A stretch of DNA of 25,326 nucleotides. Origin: a virus (Duplodnaviria; Heunggongvirae; Uroviricota; Caudoviricetes). The stretch lies in the IMG/VR virus record IMGVR_UViG_2565956724_000002. One strand, given 5' to 3'. This document shows positions 10,093 through 19,424 of this stretch, one piece after another. Position 1 is the first letter of the stretch, and each line of letters begins with the position of its first letter. Position numbers and translations under genes: made by a program. Under the pieces are notes generated by a model. That model saw nothing but the letters and a program-made list of their open reading frames with translations, had not been told where the DNA came from and made no database searches.

Positions 10093-10694
10093 TTAATCAT
10101 CATCCCCGTATAGCTTGCGGGTAACTTCTTCGTCTTCCTCCTCGTCTTCGTCCAGGTCTTGTTCCAGCCATGGGTCGTTTGATACACCTTCAGTATCAAC
10201 ATCTCCATAACCGCCTGTATCAACGATATCGGCGATTTCTTCCCTACGCTGCTCAATCCACAATGCGGCATCGGCGCGGCGGTTGGCGGCCCGTTCTCGC
10301 GCAACTTTGTCCAGATCTTCAAGAGAAGGGCCACCGACGGCTGTTTGCCTTTCCTCATCATCGGTATTGGTCTTAGGAGCACGCAGATCGGCTTTGATTT
10401 GCTCCAGCATCAGGGGCGGCACTTTCCCGCCATGCGCCTCGATGAATTCAGCTGCTTCCAGCACTGACCAGTTATTTTCACGCTTTCGTTCGTACTGTCA
10501 TCAATCAAAACAGACGAATACTTAGACACAGCGATAGCTTTTAAGCGCAGATAAACATCGCGCTTATCGACATCCAGATGCGGGTATTCCTTTTCAAGAA
10601 TTGCTGCGAGTTCTTTCGCTGATAGAAGAGATTTAGTGCGGATCATGTAATTCGCAATCTCGTACGATGTTATTCGTGAGTGATTTATTTCCAT
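10093..10694 (-). pseudogene. Small terminase-like gene immediately upstream of pacB, split across two frames (frameshift)
   Basis: One ORF (ATG at 10694, stop at 10410) has an HTH-like N-terminal part; a second, in another frame (open from 10497 to the stop at 10093), has an acidic tail DEDEEEDEE. They overlap by about 90 nt, and the final stop overlaps the pacB ATG (TAATG). Confidence 0.4.
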
Positions 10695-10794
10695 GAAGTG
10701 GCGTCCCTGCCAGTTAAGTAACATCCTGTCACCTACTGATTAGCCCATGTCAACTAATCAACGTGGAATATAATACCATCGATTAAAGAAATAG

Positions 10795-10811
10795 CAATAC
10801 ATTAGAGCAAT
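10795..10811 (-). promoter_or_regulatory. C1 operator-like site upstream of the small terminase-like gene
   Basis: The reverse complement, ATTGCTCTAATGTATTG, has the core ATTGCTCTAAT (14 of 17). Confidence 0.4.
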
Positions 10812-10812
10812 T

Positions 10813-11856
10813 TTATCTAACGCTCGACGAGTAACTTGTGATAGCGCCGACTCCAAGCGCGTAATCAAAGAACAATCGTTGATGCATCGCCAGCCTACCG
10901 TGCGTCTTCTCCCAATTATCGCGGTCACGCTCAATATCACGCTGGCATGACTGGCACAGAGGAATTGCGTAAATGTCATGCGCGCATAATCGACTATGAC
11001 GAACGATATAAGGCGTAATGTGAGCGCCAGCTCCCGCAGCTCCACAGCCACAGCATGGACGGGAAGCCACAAAGTCCATGTACTCGGGCAATTTTAGCGA
11101 TTGAAGTTTTGGTATTTTGAAATGCGCCATACCTGGGTCGGAGTCAACATCCACAGGGCATACTTTTGCACGCATCGGCGCGGCGCGTTCTTCCATCATC
11201 TGAACATATGCTGTAGCGCGATCGTCATACGGGCGAATATCCGCCTCTTTCAGAGGTCCGCTATCCTGCGGAGCAGCCTTCATCTTATTTATTGATATGC
11301 GGCAGACTTCTTCCGGCATCAGGTGCATCATGTTACGCATGAAAGCCCACCAGCACAGCTCCTGAATACTTAAATCATGGCTATCTGAAAGGCCCATTTC
11401 CTGACGGGCGACATCCAGTATCCAGTTAACGCGATTATTGTGCAGCGTTTCTTTCAGCTCATTAAAACCACGCATCCGGTAATGGTTATCGTGATGCCAG
11501 CACAACAACACCGCGCTATTGTCTCGTTCAGCGTGGACAATATGGTTGTCACACCAGCTACGATCTGCGGCCTGGCATTGCCCCTCTTTCCTGCGCAACC
11601 ACGCCACCAGCGCGTCAATTCCACCAATACGGCGAAACAGTTCATCGCTGTTAAAAAACGGCTGCAACGCCTCATTTGTTGCTATAGTTTGCTCGGAAGC
11701 AACGAGGCCGTCGTCCATGTGCTCGATTAACTCACGCGGCACCGGCTCCATAATAAATTTACGGCCAGCCTCCACCAGCTTTCTGACCTCCTGATCCACT
11801 TTGAACGTGGCGAGGCCAAGTTCTTTCTGTACAAAGGGAGTAATTACGGCTTTCAC
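10813..11856 (-). CDS. Cys/His-rich hypothetical protein (347 aa) with HNH-like motifs, upstream of the terminase genes
   Basis: GTG start with RBS AAAGGTG. Motifs [22 protein letters not shown] and CCGCG...HSRLCAHD...PLCQSC. It is not P1 PacA as I recall it, and no TGATCA pac-type cluster lies in this region. Confidence 0.45.
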   Translation of the reverse strand: MKAVITPFVQKELGLATFKVDQEVRKLVEAGRKFIMEPVPRELIEHMDDGLVASEQTIATNEALQPFFNSDELFRRIGGIDALVAWLRRKEGQCQAADRSWCDNHIVHAERDNSAVLLCWHHDNHYRMRGFNELKETLHNNRVNWILDVARQEMGLSDSHDLSIQELCWWAFMRNMMHLMPEEVCRISINKMKAAPQDSGPLKEADIRPYDDRATAYVQMMEERAAPMRAKVCPVDVDSDPGMAHFKIPKLQSLKLPEYMDFVASRPCCGCGAAGAGAHITPYIVRHSRLCAHDIYAIPLCQSCQRDIERDRDNWEKTHGRLAMHQRLFFDYALGVGAITSYSSSVR

Positions 11857-11883
11857 ATCACACCTTTAATCACTGATTGGGCT

Positions 11884-12063
11884 TTATATGCTGCCCGGCA
11901 TTCTCTGTTTAAGCACAACCATTTCCTGACGGCATAACACAGCAATAGCGGTCCTGGCACCAATTTGCTTACCAGCCAGGTATTGCTTTACCTCGCGGCG
12001 ACTCACGCCATCAAGAAGCATCTTTAACGCTTCACGGGACAATTTGTTGTATTTGCGTGCCAT
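11884..12063 (-). CDS. Small hypothetical protein downstream of doc (pdc-like by position)
   Basis: 59 aa from the ATG at 12063 (MARKYNKLSREALKMLLDGVSRREVKQYLAGKQ...), directly after the doc stop. Confidence 0.4.
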   Translation of the reverse strand: MARKYNKLSREALKMLLDGVSRREVKQYLAGKQIGARTAIAVLCRQEMVVLKQRMPGSI

Positions 12064-12067
12064 TAAT

Positions 12068-12448
12068 CTACTCCGCAGAACCATACAATCTACGTAACGT
12101 GTCGGCGACAGAAGATACAGATATCTCTCCGGTCGCAGCCCCTACGGTAAGGTCTGCCAGTTCAGGTGAATCAAATACCTGCACCCCGTTACGGCGTAGA
12201 AATAACAGCGCACTGTTTAGCGCGGTACGCTTATTGGCATCATTGAATATATGCCCTCTCGCTGTAGCCACCAGGTAGGTGGCGGAGACTTCGAAAAGGT
12301 CGGTGATCTCTTCGTAGGCAACTCTGGCCTGAACTCTCCCGATAATGGCCTCTGCCCTACCCGGATCTGACATTCCCGGCAGGCCGCCGTAGCGGTTTAT
12401 ATTCGCATCATGAAGCGCAATAAGTTCTTCCGGTGATATATGCCTCAT
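12068..12448 (-). CDS. doc: Doc toxin (Fic-fold kinase) of the phd-doc addiction module, 126 aa
   Basis: [43 protein letters not shown]... matches P1 Doc nearly exactly. Confidence 0.95.
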   Translation of the reverse strand: MRHISPEELIALHDANINRYGGLPGMSDPGRAEAIIGRVQARVAYEEITDLFEVSATYLVATARGHIFNDANKRTALNSALLFLRRNGVQVFDSPELADLTVGAATGEISVSSVADTLRRLYGSAE

Positions 12449-12669
12449 TATCGGTTAACCAGTTCCTTGTTGGTGGAGTCCAGGGTGTCAAACAGGGATG
12501 CAAATTCAGCATCCAGCGCCGCTTTTTTGTAGGCTTCGAAAGTAGCCTTGCTGACAATTACTGCTGGCTCACGGCCTCTGCGGGTGATTTCAACCTCTTC
12601 CCCGGCCTCAACATTGTTGAGCACTTCAGAAAGGTTGCCGCGCGCGGTACGGAAGTTAATGGATTGCAT
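12448..12669 (-). CDS. phd: Phd antitoxin, 73 aa
   Basis: [49 protein letters not shown]... matches P1 Phd. Its stop overlaps the doc start. Confidence 0.95.
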   Translation of the reverse strand: MQSINFRTARGNLSEVLNNVEAGEEVEITRRGREPAVIVSKATFEAYKKAALDAEFASLFDTLDSTNKELVNR

Positions 12670-12710
12670 AAATACCTCGTGTACTCGTTATGTGTACACA
12701 ATTATAAACT
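12670..12710 (-). promoter_or_regulatory. phd-doc promoter/operator region with a GTGTACAC palindrome
   Basis: Palindrome TGTGTACACA at 12691-12700 and a GTGTAC half-site at 12679-12684, immediately upstream of phd. Confidence 0.5.
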
Positions 12711-12845
12711 TCACAGGCATAAAGCACCAGCACTTTGCGGCTTAACAAACCTCTAGGCAGGTCATTCGTAGCCTAATGTCCGAACTGCTAAAGCATCCAA
12801 GTTGCTGTAGAATCACCGCCAATTACATAAGCCTGAAATAAGTGG

Positions 12846-13463
12846 ATGAAAATGACAAGTATTCAACAACGTGCAGAGCTTCATCGTCAAATCTGGCAAA
12901 TTGCTAACGATGTCAGGGGTTCGGTCGATGGATGGGATTTTAAGCAATACGTTCTGGGCGCACTTTTCTACCGTTTTATCAGCGAAAATTTTTCCAGCTA
13001 TATTGAAGCCGGTGATGACAGCATCTGTTATGCGAAACTGGATGACAGCGTAATTACTGATGACATTAAAGACGATGCCATCAAAACTAAAGGCTACTTC
13101 ATCTACCCCAGTCAGCTTTTCTGCAACGTAGCGGCGAAAGCAAATACCAATGACAGACTGAATGCAGATTTAAACAGCATCTTCGTTGCTATCGAAAGTT
13201 CTGCTTACGGTTATCCTTCAGAAGCTGACATCAAAGGTTTGTTTGCTGATTTCGATACCACCAGTAACCGCCTGGGTAACACCGTTAAAGATAAAAATGC
13301 CCGCCTGGCTGCGGTTCTGAAAGGGGTTGAAGGGTTAAAACTTGGTGACTTCAACGAACATCAGATTGACCTGTTCGGTGATGCCTATGAGTTCCTGATT
13401 TCTAACTATGCGGCAAATGCCGGTAAGTCAGGCGGTGAGTTCTTTACACCGCAGCACGTCTCC
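12846..13463 (+). pseudogene. hsdM: Type I restriction-modification methyltransferase HsdM, N-terminal fragment only (type IC / EcoR124-like by recollection), cut off by IS1
   Basis: [44 protein letters not shown]... ending ...[16 protein letters not shown], which reaches the HsdM FxTP motif. The ORF then runs straight into the IS1 terminus at 13464. Confidence 0.7.
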
Positions 13464-13518
13464 GGTGATGTTGCCAACTTACTGATTTAGTGTATGATGG
13501 TGTTTTTGAGGTGCTCCA

Positions 13519-13794
13519 GTGGCTTCTGTTTCTATCAGCTGTCCCTCCTGTTCAGCTACTGACGGGGTGGTGCGTAACGGCAAAAGCACTGCCGGACATC
13601 AGCGCTATCTCTGCTCTCACTGCCGTAAAACATGGCAACTGCAGTTCACTTACACCGCTTCTCAACCCGGTACGCACCAGAAAATCATTGATATGGCCAT
13701 GAATGGCGTTGGATGCCGGGCAACCGCCCGCATTATGGGCGTTGGCCTCAACACGATTTTACGTCACTTAAAAAACTCAGGCCGCAGTCGGTAA
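13519..13794 (+). CDS. insA: IS1 InsA
   Basis: [43 protein letters not shown]... Confidence 0.93.
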
Positions 13795-14216
13795 CCTCGC
13801 GCATACAGCCGGGCAGTGACGTCATCGTCTGCGCGGAAATGGACGAACAGTGGGGCTATGTCGGGGCTAAATCGCGCCAGCGCTGGCTGTTTTACGCGTA
13901 TGACAGGCTCCGGAAGACGGTTGTTGCGCACGTATTCGGTGAACGCACTATGGCGACGCTGGGGCATCTTATGAGCCTGCTGTCACCCTTTGACGTGGTG
14001 ATATGGATGACGGATGGCTGGCCGCTGTATGAATCCCGCCTGAAGGGAAAGCTGCACGTAATCAGCAAGCGATATACGCAGCGAATTGAGCGGCATAACC
14101 TGAATCTGAGGCAGCACCTGGCACGGCTGGGACGGAAGTCGCTGTCGTTCTCAAAATCGGTGGAGCTGCATGACAAAGTCATCGGGCATTATCTGAACAT
14201 AAAACACTATCAATAA
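13713..14216 (+). CDS. insB: IS1 InsB reading frame (expressed as an InsAB' fusion by frameshifting)
   Basis: ...[65 protein letters not shown]... Confidence 0.9.
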
Positions 14217-15424
14217 GTTGGAGTCATTACCCGAATGATGGTTGCCCATACATCAAAGGACTGGTTAACCGGCAGAGCGATGTCAAAGGTGTCGGTCGCA
14301 AGAGTACGCCAGATCATGATGCGAAGACGCAGCATATCCTGTTCATGAGACAGGTATTCCTTCAGGGTGCGGAACTGTAGGGAACCCAGGTCCAGACCAA
14401 ATTCACGCTGTGCTTCATACGCCGCCTGTACCGTGTGCTCAGCCGCGATAACGAACTGGCTTGGGAACAGGGTGTATTTCTTCATTTCGTGGTTGATCAG
14501 CGGGATCAGCTCAGGAGCGGCTTCAATATTGATTTCCGTCTCAATTGCGATCTCAGTGCCTTTATCCGGCGCTTTGGAGAACGACAGGGAAATCTGACCA
14601 ATGTTGTAGTTCAGAGAGCAGGTAACAGTGATTTGCTCACCAGCAGCATTAGTAAACGAGTGAAGTAGGCTGCCGGAACCGTTATCAACAACAGACTTAA
14701 TACGGTTAACGTAGATGTTAGTGCGACCTTTTCGGATTGGTACATTCTGGCCTTCGAAGTCTTCCATCTTGAAGGTTGCGGTTTTGCTGGTGCCATCGGA
14801 GCTTGCCACCAGCACATAGCGGCGGCGTAACTGGCTGTACACACCGACGGATTGCATGTCCAGAACATCACCAGCAGCATAAGAACCAAAAGAGGAACCT
14901 GCCACGTTAAAGACTTCATAGATGTCGGACTGGTCACGCGTAACCGGAATGAAGGTACACGCATCAGCGGTAGCTGCCCCCAACTGAACAGGCAGGATCA
15001 TCGCGAGGAATAAAGGCAGACGCATAACACCGTCAGAAACGCTCATCATCTCTGCTGCGACGGATTCCAGCATCGCTTTATTAGTGGCATCCATGCTATT
15101 GCGGGTGGACTCAATCAGGCAGTTTTCCAGCGTCTGGTGGCAGGAGGCCAGAATTTCCGGACGCGGCATAGATTTATGTGCTGCGGCGTAGTCAGCCAGT
15201 GCACTTGCCCACGCGGTAGCAATTTGAGCGGTGGCATTATCAGAGATACCCGCAAAAATTGGGTCTTTACGTGCAGCTTCAAGGATAGATGCGGCACGCG
15301 CGGCATCATCTTTGATGAATTGGTTATCAGTACCGAACTGTGCTGTACTTGCCCAGCCAAGAACGGCTTTAGAGCGTTTTGCGATATCTGCAATACGATT
15401 CTGGTATTCGCGTAAGTTACTCAA
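14210..15424 (-). pseudogene. Capsid-like structural protein gene (P1 gene 23-like by position next to par), with its 3' end lost at the IS1 junction
   Basis: Probable TTG start at 15424 with RBS AAGGAAG. The last ~6 codons and the stop lie inside the IS1 terminus. The identity is inferred from position and composition only. Confidence 0.35.
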
Positions 15425-15483
15425 GTTACTCTTCCTTAAACACAAGGCACTTGTGTGAATCCCTTTTCGGAAGAGATTTTATT

Positions 15484-15583
15484 GAAAGTCACTTGTTGAC
15501 TTTCTCGCGAAAAGTAATTTTTTGTGCGGGGAAGTGGACGGTGAATGCAGGCGTTAAATCGTGGGAATTTCAGTCTGAAATTC
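15484..15583. promoter_or_regulatory. parS: parS-like centromere region downstream of parB, with two perfect palindromes
   Basis: GAAAGTCA-cttgt-TGACTTTC at 15484-15504 and GAATTTCAG-t-CTGAAATTC at 15565-15583. The ATTTCA-type half sites resemble P1/P7 parS heptamers. Confidence 0.5.
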
Positions 15584-15679
15584 TCCTAAAAAACACATGC
15601 AAATCATAATGTTAGCAATGAAATTGGTGCGGGACATTTTAGGAAGGGGAGGGGCTAACACCACCTCCCACCAGCGGGA

Positions 15680-16645
15680 TTATTCCCCAGCAGACATTTT
15701 CCCAATGATTTTTTTTATTGCTTCGTCAATTTCAGTTTGCACTTCAGACGGGAGTCTGGAGAACTCGTAGGCGACAACCCGTTTTTTCGGATCGGACTTC
15801 TTTCGAGCATATTGGCGACGGTCAGAGAAGTCTCGCAGCTTCTCAACCACCACAGATTTAACCGGCGCGGGCTTCAGGCTTTTGCTTTCCGCTTTGAAGA
15901 TAGCCAGTATCTTCGCTTTATCCTCTTTCGCGCCCTCAGTCTCTGCAATTCGTTCGCGCACCGTATCAACCAGCTCTTCAATAGGCACGCTTTTAGCGTT
16001 GGCATCCTCGGAGATCTGGAGCAGTAACTGGTAATCTGGCAGGGCGAGATCGCTGGCAACAGGGAAGACAGCAATCATCTCATCCGGCACCGCTGCCGCC
16101 TGGAACGCGCGCGTAACTTTAGCCTTTGAAATGTTCTCAGCGCGGGCGATCTCTTCTTTGGTCATGCTCTTACCATACATAACCTCGAAGCGTTTACCCA
16201 GTTCGCGCAGGGTGTGTTCGCGGGCTGTCTGGATATCAATGGCCAGCTGGCGTGCATCCGCCAGGCTGATCTCATCTTTCGTCACCAGAATCTCAAATTT
16301 CGTTTCATTGAAGATACACGCAGCGCGGCGACGTGATCCGTCCAATACCTCAATGCGCTCCCCAACCATACGACCGATAGCCGGGAAGAACTGTTGCAAT
16401 TTAATGGTGCGGGAAATATCGCTTACCGACTCAGGGGTGAGCAGAGACTGATCGCGGCCGTTAACTGCCGGGTCAACGAACGTGCGCGACTCAATCTCAC
16501 CACTCAGCACAACGGTAAGCAAAAATTTAGCCTGGCGGCCAGATTTTAGGGTAAAGGTTTTGGTGCCTTCACTGCCTTCAAGCATGCGAGCAAACTCGGA
16601 GCTATTCTTGCCCAGCACTCGTCCACGGGAAACTATTTTTTTCAT
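15680..16645 (-). CDS. parB: ParB partition protein (P1/P7 family, divergent from P1)
   Basis: Conserved ...RTFVDPAVNGRDQSLLTP...QQFFPAIG...ILDGSRRRAA..., immediately downstream of parA and overlapping it by 4 nt. Confidence 0.85.
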   Translation of the reverse strand: MKKIVSRGRVLGKNSSEFARMLEGSEGTKTFTLKSGRQAKFLLTVVLSGEIESRTFVDPAVNGRDQSLLTPESVSDISRTIKLQQFFPAIGRMVGERIEVLDGSRRRAACIFNETKFEILVTKDEISLADARQLAIDIQTAREHTLRELGKRFEVMYGKSMTKEEIARAENISKAKVTRAFQAAAVPDEMIAVFPVASDLALPDYQLLLQISEDANAKSVPIEELVDTVRERIAETEGAKEDKAKILAIFKAESKSLKPAPVKSVVVEKLRDFSDRRQYARKKSDPKKRVVAYEFSRLPSEVQTEIDEAIKKIIGKMSAGE

Positions 16646-17853
16646 GCCGCCTCACCCCTAACAAACTCAATTCGATCAAACACAGCCTTAGTGAAACGCT
16701 CGGCCTCGGTTCGTGCCTTCTTCAGCGCCTCTGCACTGCCTGGATACGATTGCGGGTTGGCACTGATTACGGTGTCGAAAGACTCGCCGCATCGCTCAAA
16801 TCCATCCAGACGAGGCAGAGAAGAGTCCAGAATGTTGCTGGCGTAAACCTCACGCGCAAGGCTGTGTGATGTCTCGTGATCGCGCTTGCCGGTCATCTTC
16901 GACATAAAACCAATGCTGGCGCTTAAACGCGGTTCTACGCCTTCCTCCTCCAGTTGCTCCAGCATTTCTGGCAGACGGGTGAGATATTTCAGTGTTGAGT
17001 GGAAGTCAACCTGGGCTGGTGGGGTAGGGGTAAGCAGCAAATCGCTGGCCGCCAGACCGTTGAGCAGGAACGGATCCAGGTGTGGACCGGTATCAATAAA
17101 GATAAAGTCATAATCATCCGCAACACGATCAATGATATTGCGTCGAAGGATTTCGTACTGATTTTGTCCGGGAAGATGCTCTTCAACCAGCTCTTTCCAT
17201 TGGCTGGCAACAAAGCCATCGTCGATAGAGGCTGGAATCACGTCTACGCCAGGAACGATGGTCGGACGAATCACCTCTTTGCGTAGCGTCTCCGCGTCCA
17301 AGTCGTTCAGCATCGCCTGCGCGGCGGTTTCCAGGATGGAACCAATACTGTGAGTATGGTCGAGGAACATTGTGCTGGATGCCTGAGGGTCAAGGTCAAT
17401 TACCAGAATGCGCAGATCGTGACGCAGTAAATCCTGATGCACACGCAGAGCGTGCGCCAACGTGACTGTGGAAACCGTTTTGGATACGCCACCCTTCAGG
17501 TTTACGACAAAAATAACGTAAGGCGATTTGTGAATGTCGCGATATTTTGGGATCTTACGGTGGGCATAGATATCAATGACGTTCTGGATGGTCAGCGCGT
17601 ACTGTTCAACGTTACCGACCTGTTTCTTGTTGAACTGGTACCCATCATCTTCCATCTCTTTGATGGCCTGCTCCACAATGCGGCGGCTCAGCTTCGGCAA
17701 CTTTGCCACAGCGTTACGAGTGAACGTCTGATAATACTCGGTCTGATTGAACTCTTTGCGCTGATCTTCAATATCCTGACTCATGGCCTTAAGTAATGCG
17801 CTTGCACGAAGAGCTATGGTGCCGACACCGCCGTAATCGCGTTTCATCATCAT
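16642..17853 (-). CDS. parA: ParA partition ATPase (type Ia, with N-terminal HTH extension)
   Basis: Walker A VVNLKGGVSKTVSTVTLAH, and the C-terminal ...LPRLDGFERCGESFDTVISANP...KAVFDRIEF is almost as in P1 ParA. The N-terminus differs from P1. Confidence 0.9.
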   Translation of the reverse strand: MMMKRDYGGVGTIALRASALLKAMSQDIEDQRKEFNQTEYYQTFTRNAVAKLPKLSRRIVEQAIKEMEDDGYQFNKKQVGNVEQYALTIQNVIDIYAHRKIPKYRDIHKSPYVIFVVNLKGGVSKTVSTVTLAHALRVHQDLLRHDLRILVIDLDPQASSTMFLDHTHSIGSILETAAQAMLNDLDAETLRKEVIRPTIVPGVDVIPASIDDGFVASQWKELVEEHLPGQNQYEILRRNIIDRVADDYDFIFIDTGPHLDPFLLNGLAASDLLLTPTPPAQVDFHSTLKYLTRLPEMLEQLEEEGVEPRLSASIGFMSKMTGKRDHETSHSLAREVYASNILDSSLPRLDGFERCGESFDTVISANPQSYPGSAEALKKARTEAERFTKAVFDRIEFVRGEAA

Positions 17854-17961
17854 CTCCTTATCATTTCGTATGAGTGAATTGTACGTTTGATTCTGCTACG
17901 TGCAACTTATTTTGATTCGTGCGTAAATTATTGCACGTAAAGAAATGGCGATGAGGCTATT

Positions 17962-18249
17962 AGATGTGTGCTGGAGGGATGATGCAGGACCAGAATGTGC
18001 GATAGAGGGAAGTCGCATTGAATTATGTGTTGTGGAGGGATCGCTGGTATCAAATATGTGCGCTGAAGGGAAAGATAGAAGATTAGATGTGCGCTGGAGG
18101 GAAACTTGGATGGTTAGATGTGTGCTGGAGGGAATGTCTGGGCAAACTGCGTGGCGCAACCCTCCAGCGCACACCAAAAACAGGAAAATGGGCAGGCATT
18201 CCCGGCAGCGCACATTTTTCAAATGCAGCTGCCCTCCAGCACACACTTA
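17962..18249. repeat. incA: incA iteron array (about nine 19-bp RepA-binding repeats, both orientations)
   Basis: Repeats of the GATGTGTGCTGGAGGGAAA type, e.g. 17962-17981, 18022-18041, 18085-18104, 18115-18135, and inverted copies CCCTCCAGCGCACAC and GCCCTCCAGCACACAC at 18160-18249. Confidence 0.85.
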
Positions 18250-19107
18250 TTCGGGAAGTTTCAGCTTTGGATTGCGAGAATGGACGATTACAAAACTTTC
18301 CCGGCCTTTCTTCTCAATTGAACAGTCGAGATAGCCAATTGTTTTAAGCTGTTCTATCGCTTTCTTAATGATACGGTTTTGCTCGCCAACAGCTGACTGC
18401 AAAGCCAGGCGCTCACGGATTCGCGCGAACGATAGCGGCAACGGGTTCTGCGGAAGGCTTTCGATGAAAGTGTAAATGGCTTGTGCAGCTTCTTTCTTCG
18501 GAAGGGCACGCAAGGCGTGGTGTTGCAACAGAACGCGATAATCAAGCTGGAACAGCTCCCAGAGCTTCGAATCGGCCTCCAGCTCTATCAGATCAAGGTC
18601 AGCATCAAAACGCCCGACCTTCAGCAGACCAGTCTGATAGCCGCCTTTAGCATCTTTTCCGCGCTTAAAAGCGATACCCTTGTTACGCAAGCGTCCAAGT
18701 GATTCATGAATGGTTAAACGCAGTTTCGCATCCAGACGTTTTGAGGGGAAACCACAGGCTTTAGCGAACTCCTGAAACGATAACTGGATGGTGTTTGAAG
18801 ACAAGCCGTATTTGCTGAACGCGTAGATGACACCGATCCACGTTTTGAAATCAGTATCCATATCGAGTCGAGGACCGGTGATTTTAATATCATCGTAACC
18901 CTCGGCTTTAGCTATCTCCAGCTGGGAAAACGCTTTGGTGGCATCAATCTCTTTACTTTCTCCTTTGCTCTTTGATGGCTTCGGAACGAATACCCCCAAG
19001 CGCATCAACGCTACAGGCTGCACAGTGTTGTTTGAATTAACTGTTAGTTCTTTTGCCTTACTTTCAATGTCTGCGTAAAGAATATCGGAGATAAATGATT
19101 GATTCAT
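18247..19107 (-). CDS. repA: RepA replication initiator of the plasmid R replicon, 286 aa
   Basis: MNQSFISDILYADIESKAKELTVNSNNTVQPVALMRLGVFVPKP... matches P1 RepA. It is flanked by iteron arrays on both sides. Confidence 0.95.
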   Translation of the reverse strand: MNQSFISDILYADIESKAKELTVNSNNTVQPVALMRLGVFVPKPSKSKGESKEIDATKAFSQLEIAKAEGYDDIKITGPRLDMDTDFKTWIGVIYAFSKYGLSSNTIQLSFQEFAKACGFPSKRLDAKLRLTIHESLGRLRNKGIAFKRGKDAKGGYQTGLLKVGRFDADLDLIELEADSKLWELFQLDYRVLLQHHALRALPKKEAAQAIYTFIESLPQNPLPLSFARIRERLALQSAVGEQNRIIKKAIEQLKTIGYLDCSIEKKGRESFVIVHSRNPKLKLPE

Positions 19108-19166
19108 ATTACTTTTTCCGAATTATGTGGATAGTTTTTATAAGTGGTGATAACTACCCAGGCTTT

Positions 19167-19270
19167 CCCGTCAGCACACATCCTATATCCCGCCAGCACA
19201 CATTAGCAACCCGTCAGCACACATTTTTATCCCTCCAGCACACATCGTTTTCCCTCCAGCACACATCGCG
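19167..19270. repeat. incC: incC iterons (five direct repeats at about 21-bp spacing) overlapping the repA promoter
   Basis: CCCGTCAGCACACATC, CCCGCCAGCACACATT, CCCGTCAGCACACATT, CCCTCCAGCACACATC and CCCTCCAGCACACATC. Confidence 0.85.
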
Positions 19271-19299
19271 ATACACTTCTAAGCCAGACGTGGCGCGGC

Positions 19300-19384
19300 C
19301 TGCAACGATCAGGGATCTATATGGATCTAATTGGGATCTGTATGGACCTAATTATTGGATCTACCCAGTGGATAATGTGGATAA
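19300..19384. promoter_or_regulatory. oriR: oriR core: five GATC-containing heptamer repeats plus tandem DnaA boxes
   Basis: GATC at 19307, 19314, 19324, 19335 and 19358. TGTGGATAA (a perfect DnaA box on the other strand) at 19376-19384 and GTGGATAAT at 19368-19376. Confidence 0.85.
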
Positions 19385-19424
19385 GTGAAAAACCGGCCAA
19401 CATAGCCGGTTGGAAGGAAGGGTA

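Larger units (their letters stand above)
7273..10093 (-). pseudogene. pacB: Terminase large subunit (PacB-like) gene disrupted by IS2
   Basis: The N-terminal fragment (9704-10093) carries Walker [11 protein letters not shown]; the C-terminal fragment (7273-8372) carries Walker [10 protein letters not shown] checked that the two fragments are in the same frame once IS2 and one copy of the duplication are removed, giving about 495 aa. Confidence 0.8.
13464..14231 (+). mobile_element. IS1, complete (768 bp), without a matching target duplication
   Basis: Ends GGTGATGTTGCCAACTTACTGAT... and ...GAGTCATTACC. The flanking 9-mers are CACGTCTCC on the left and CGAATGATG on the right, which do not match. 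Confidence 0.95.

Noticed and set aside
10813-11283. The hypothesis that P1 pacA (397 aa) starts at the internal Met of the 347-aa ORF and runs to the pacB junction
   Set aside because: The length fits (396 codons from 11283 to 10096), but that frame is interrupted by stops at 10811-10813 and 10498-10500, and the expected TGATCA pac cluster is absent. I cannot support calling this pacA without an alignment.
14367-15458. Multiple short ORFs on both strands inside the capsid-like gene
   Set aside because: Nested within a longer ORF with a coherent reading frame and no independent start signals.
17945-18347. Several plus-strand ORFs beginning MCAGG...
   Set aside because: They are translation artefacts of the repeated iteron sequence.
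17962-19270. Regularly spaced short direct repeats flanking repA that look superficially like a CRISPR array
   Set aside because: They are 19-bp iterons of the GATGTGTGCTGGAGGGAAA family, present in both orientations, with spacers that are not unique. They flank a RepA gene and an origin with DnaA boxes, so they are incA/incC, not CRISPR.
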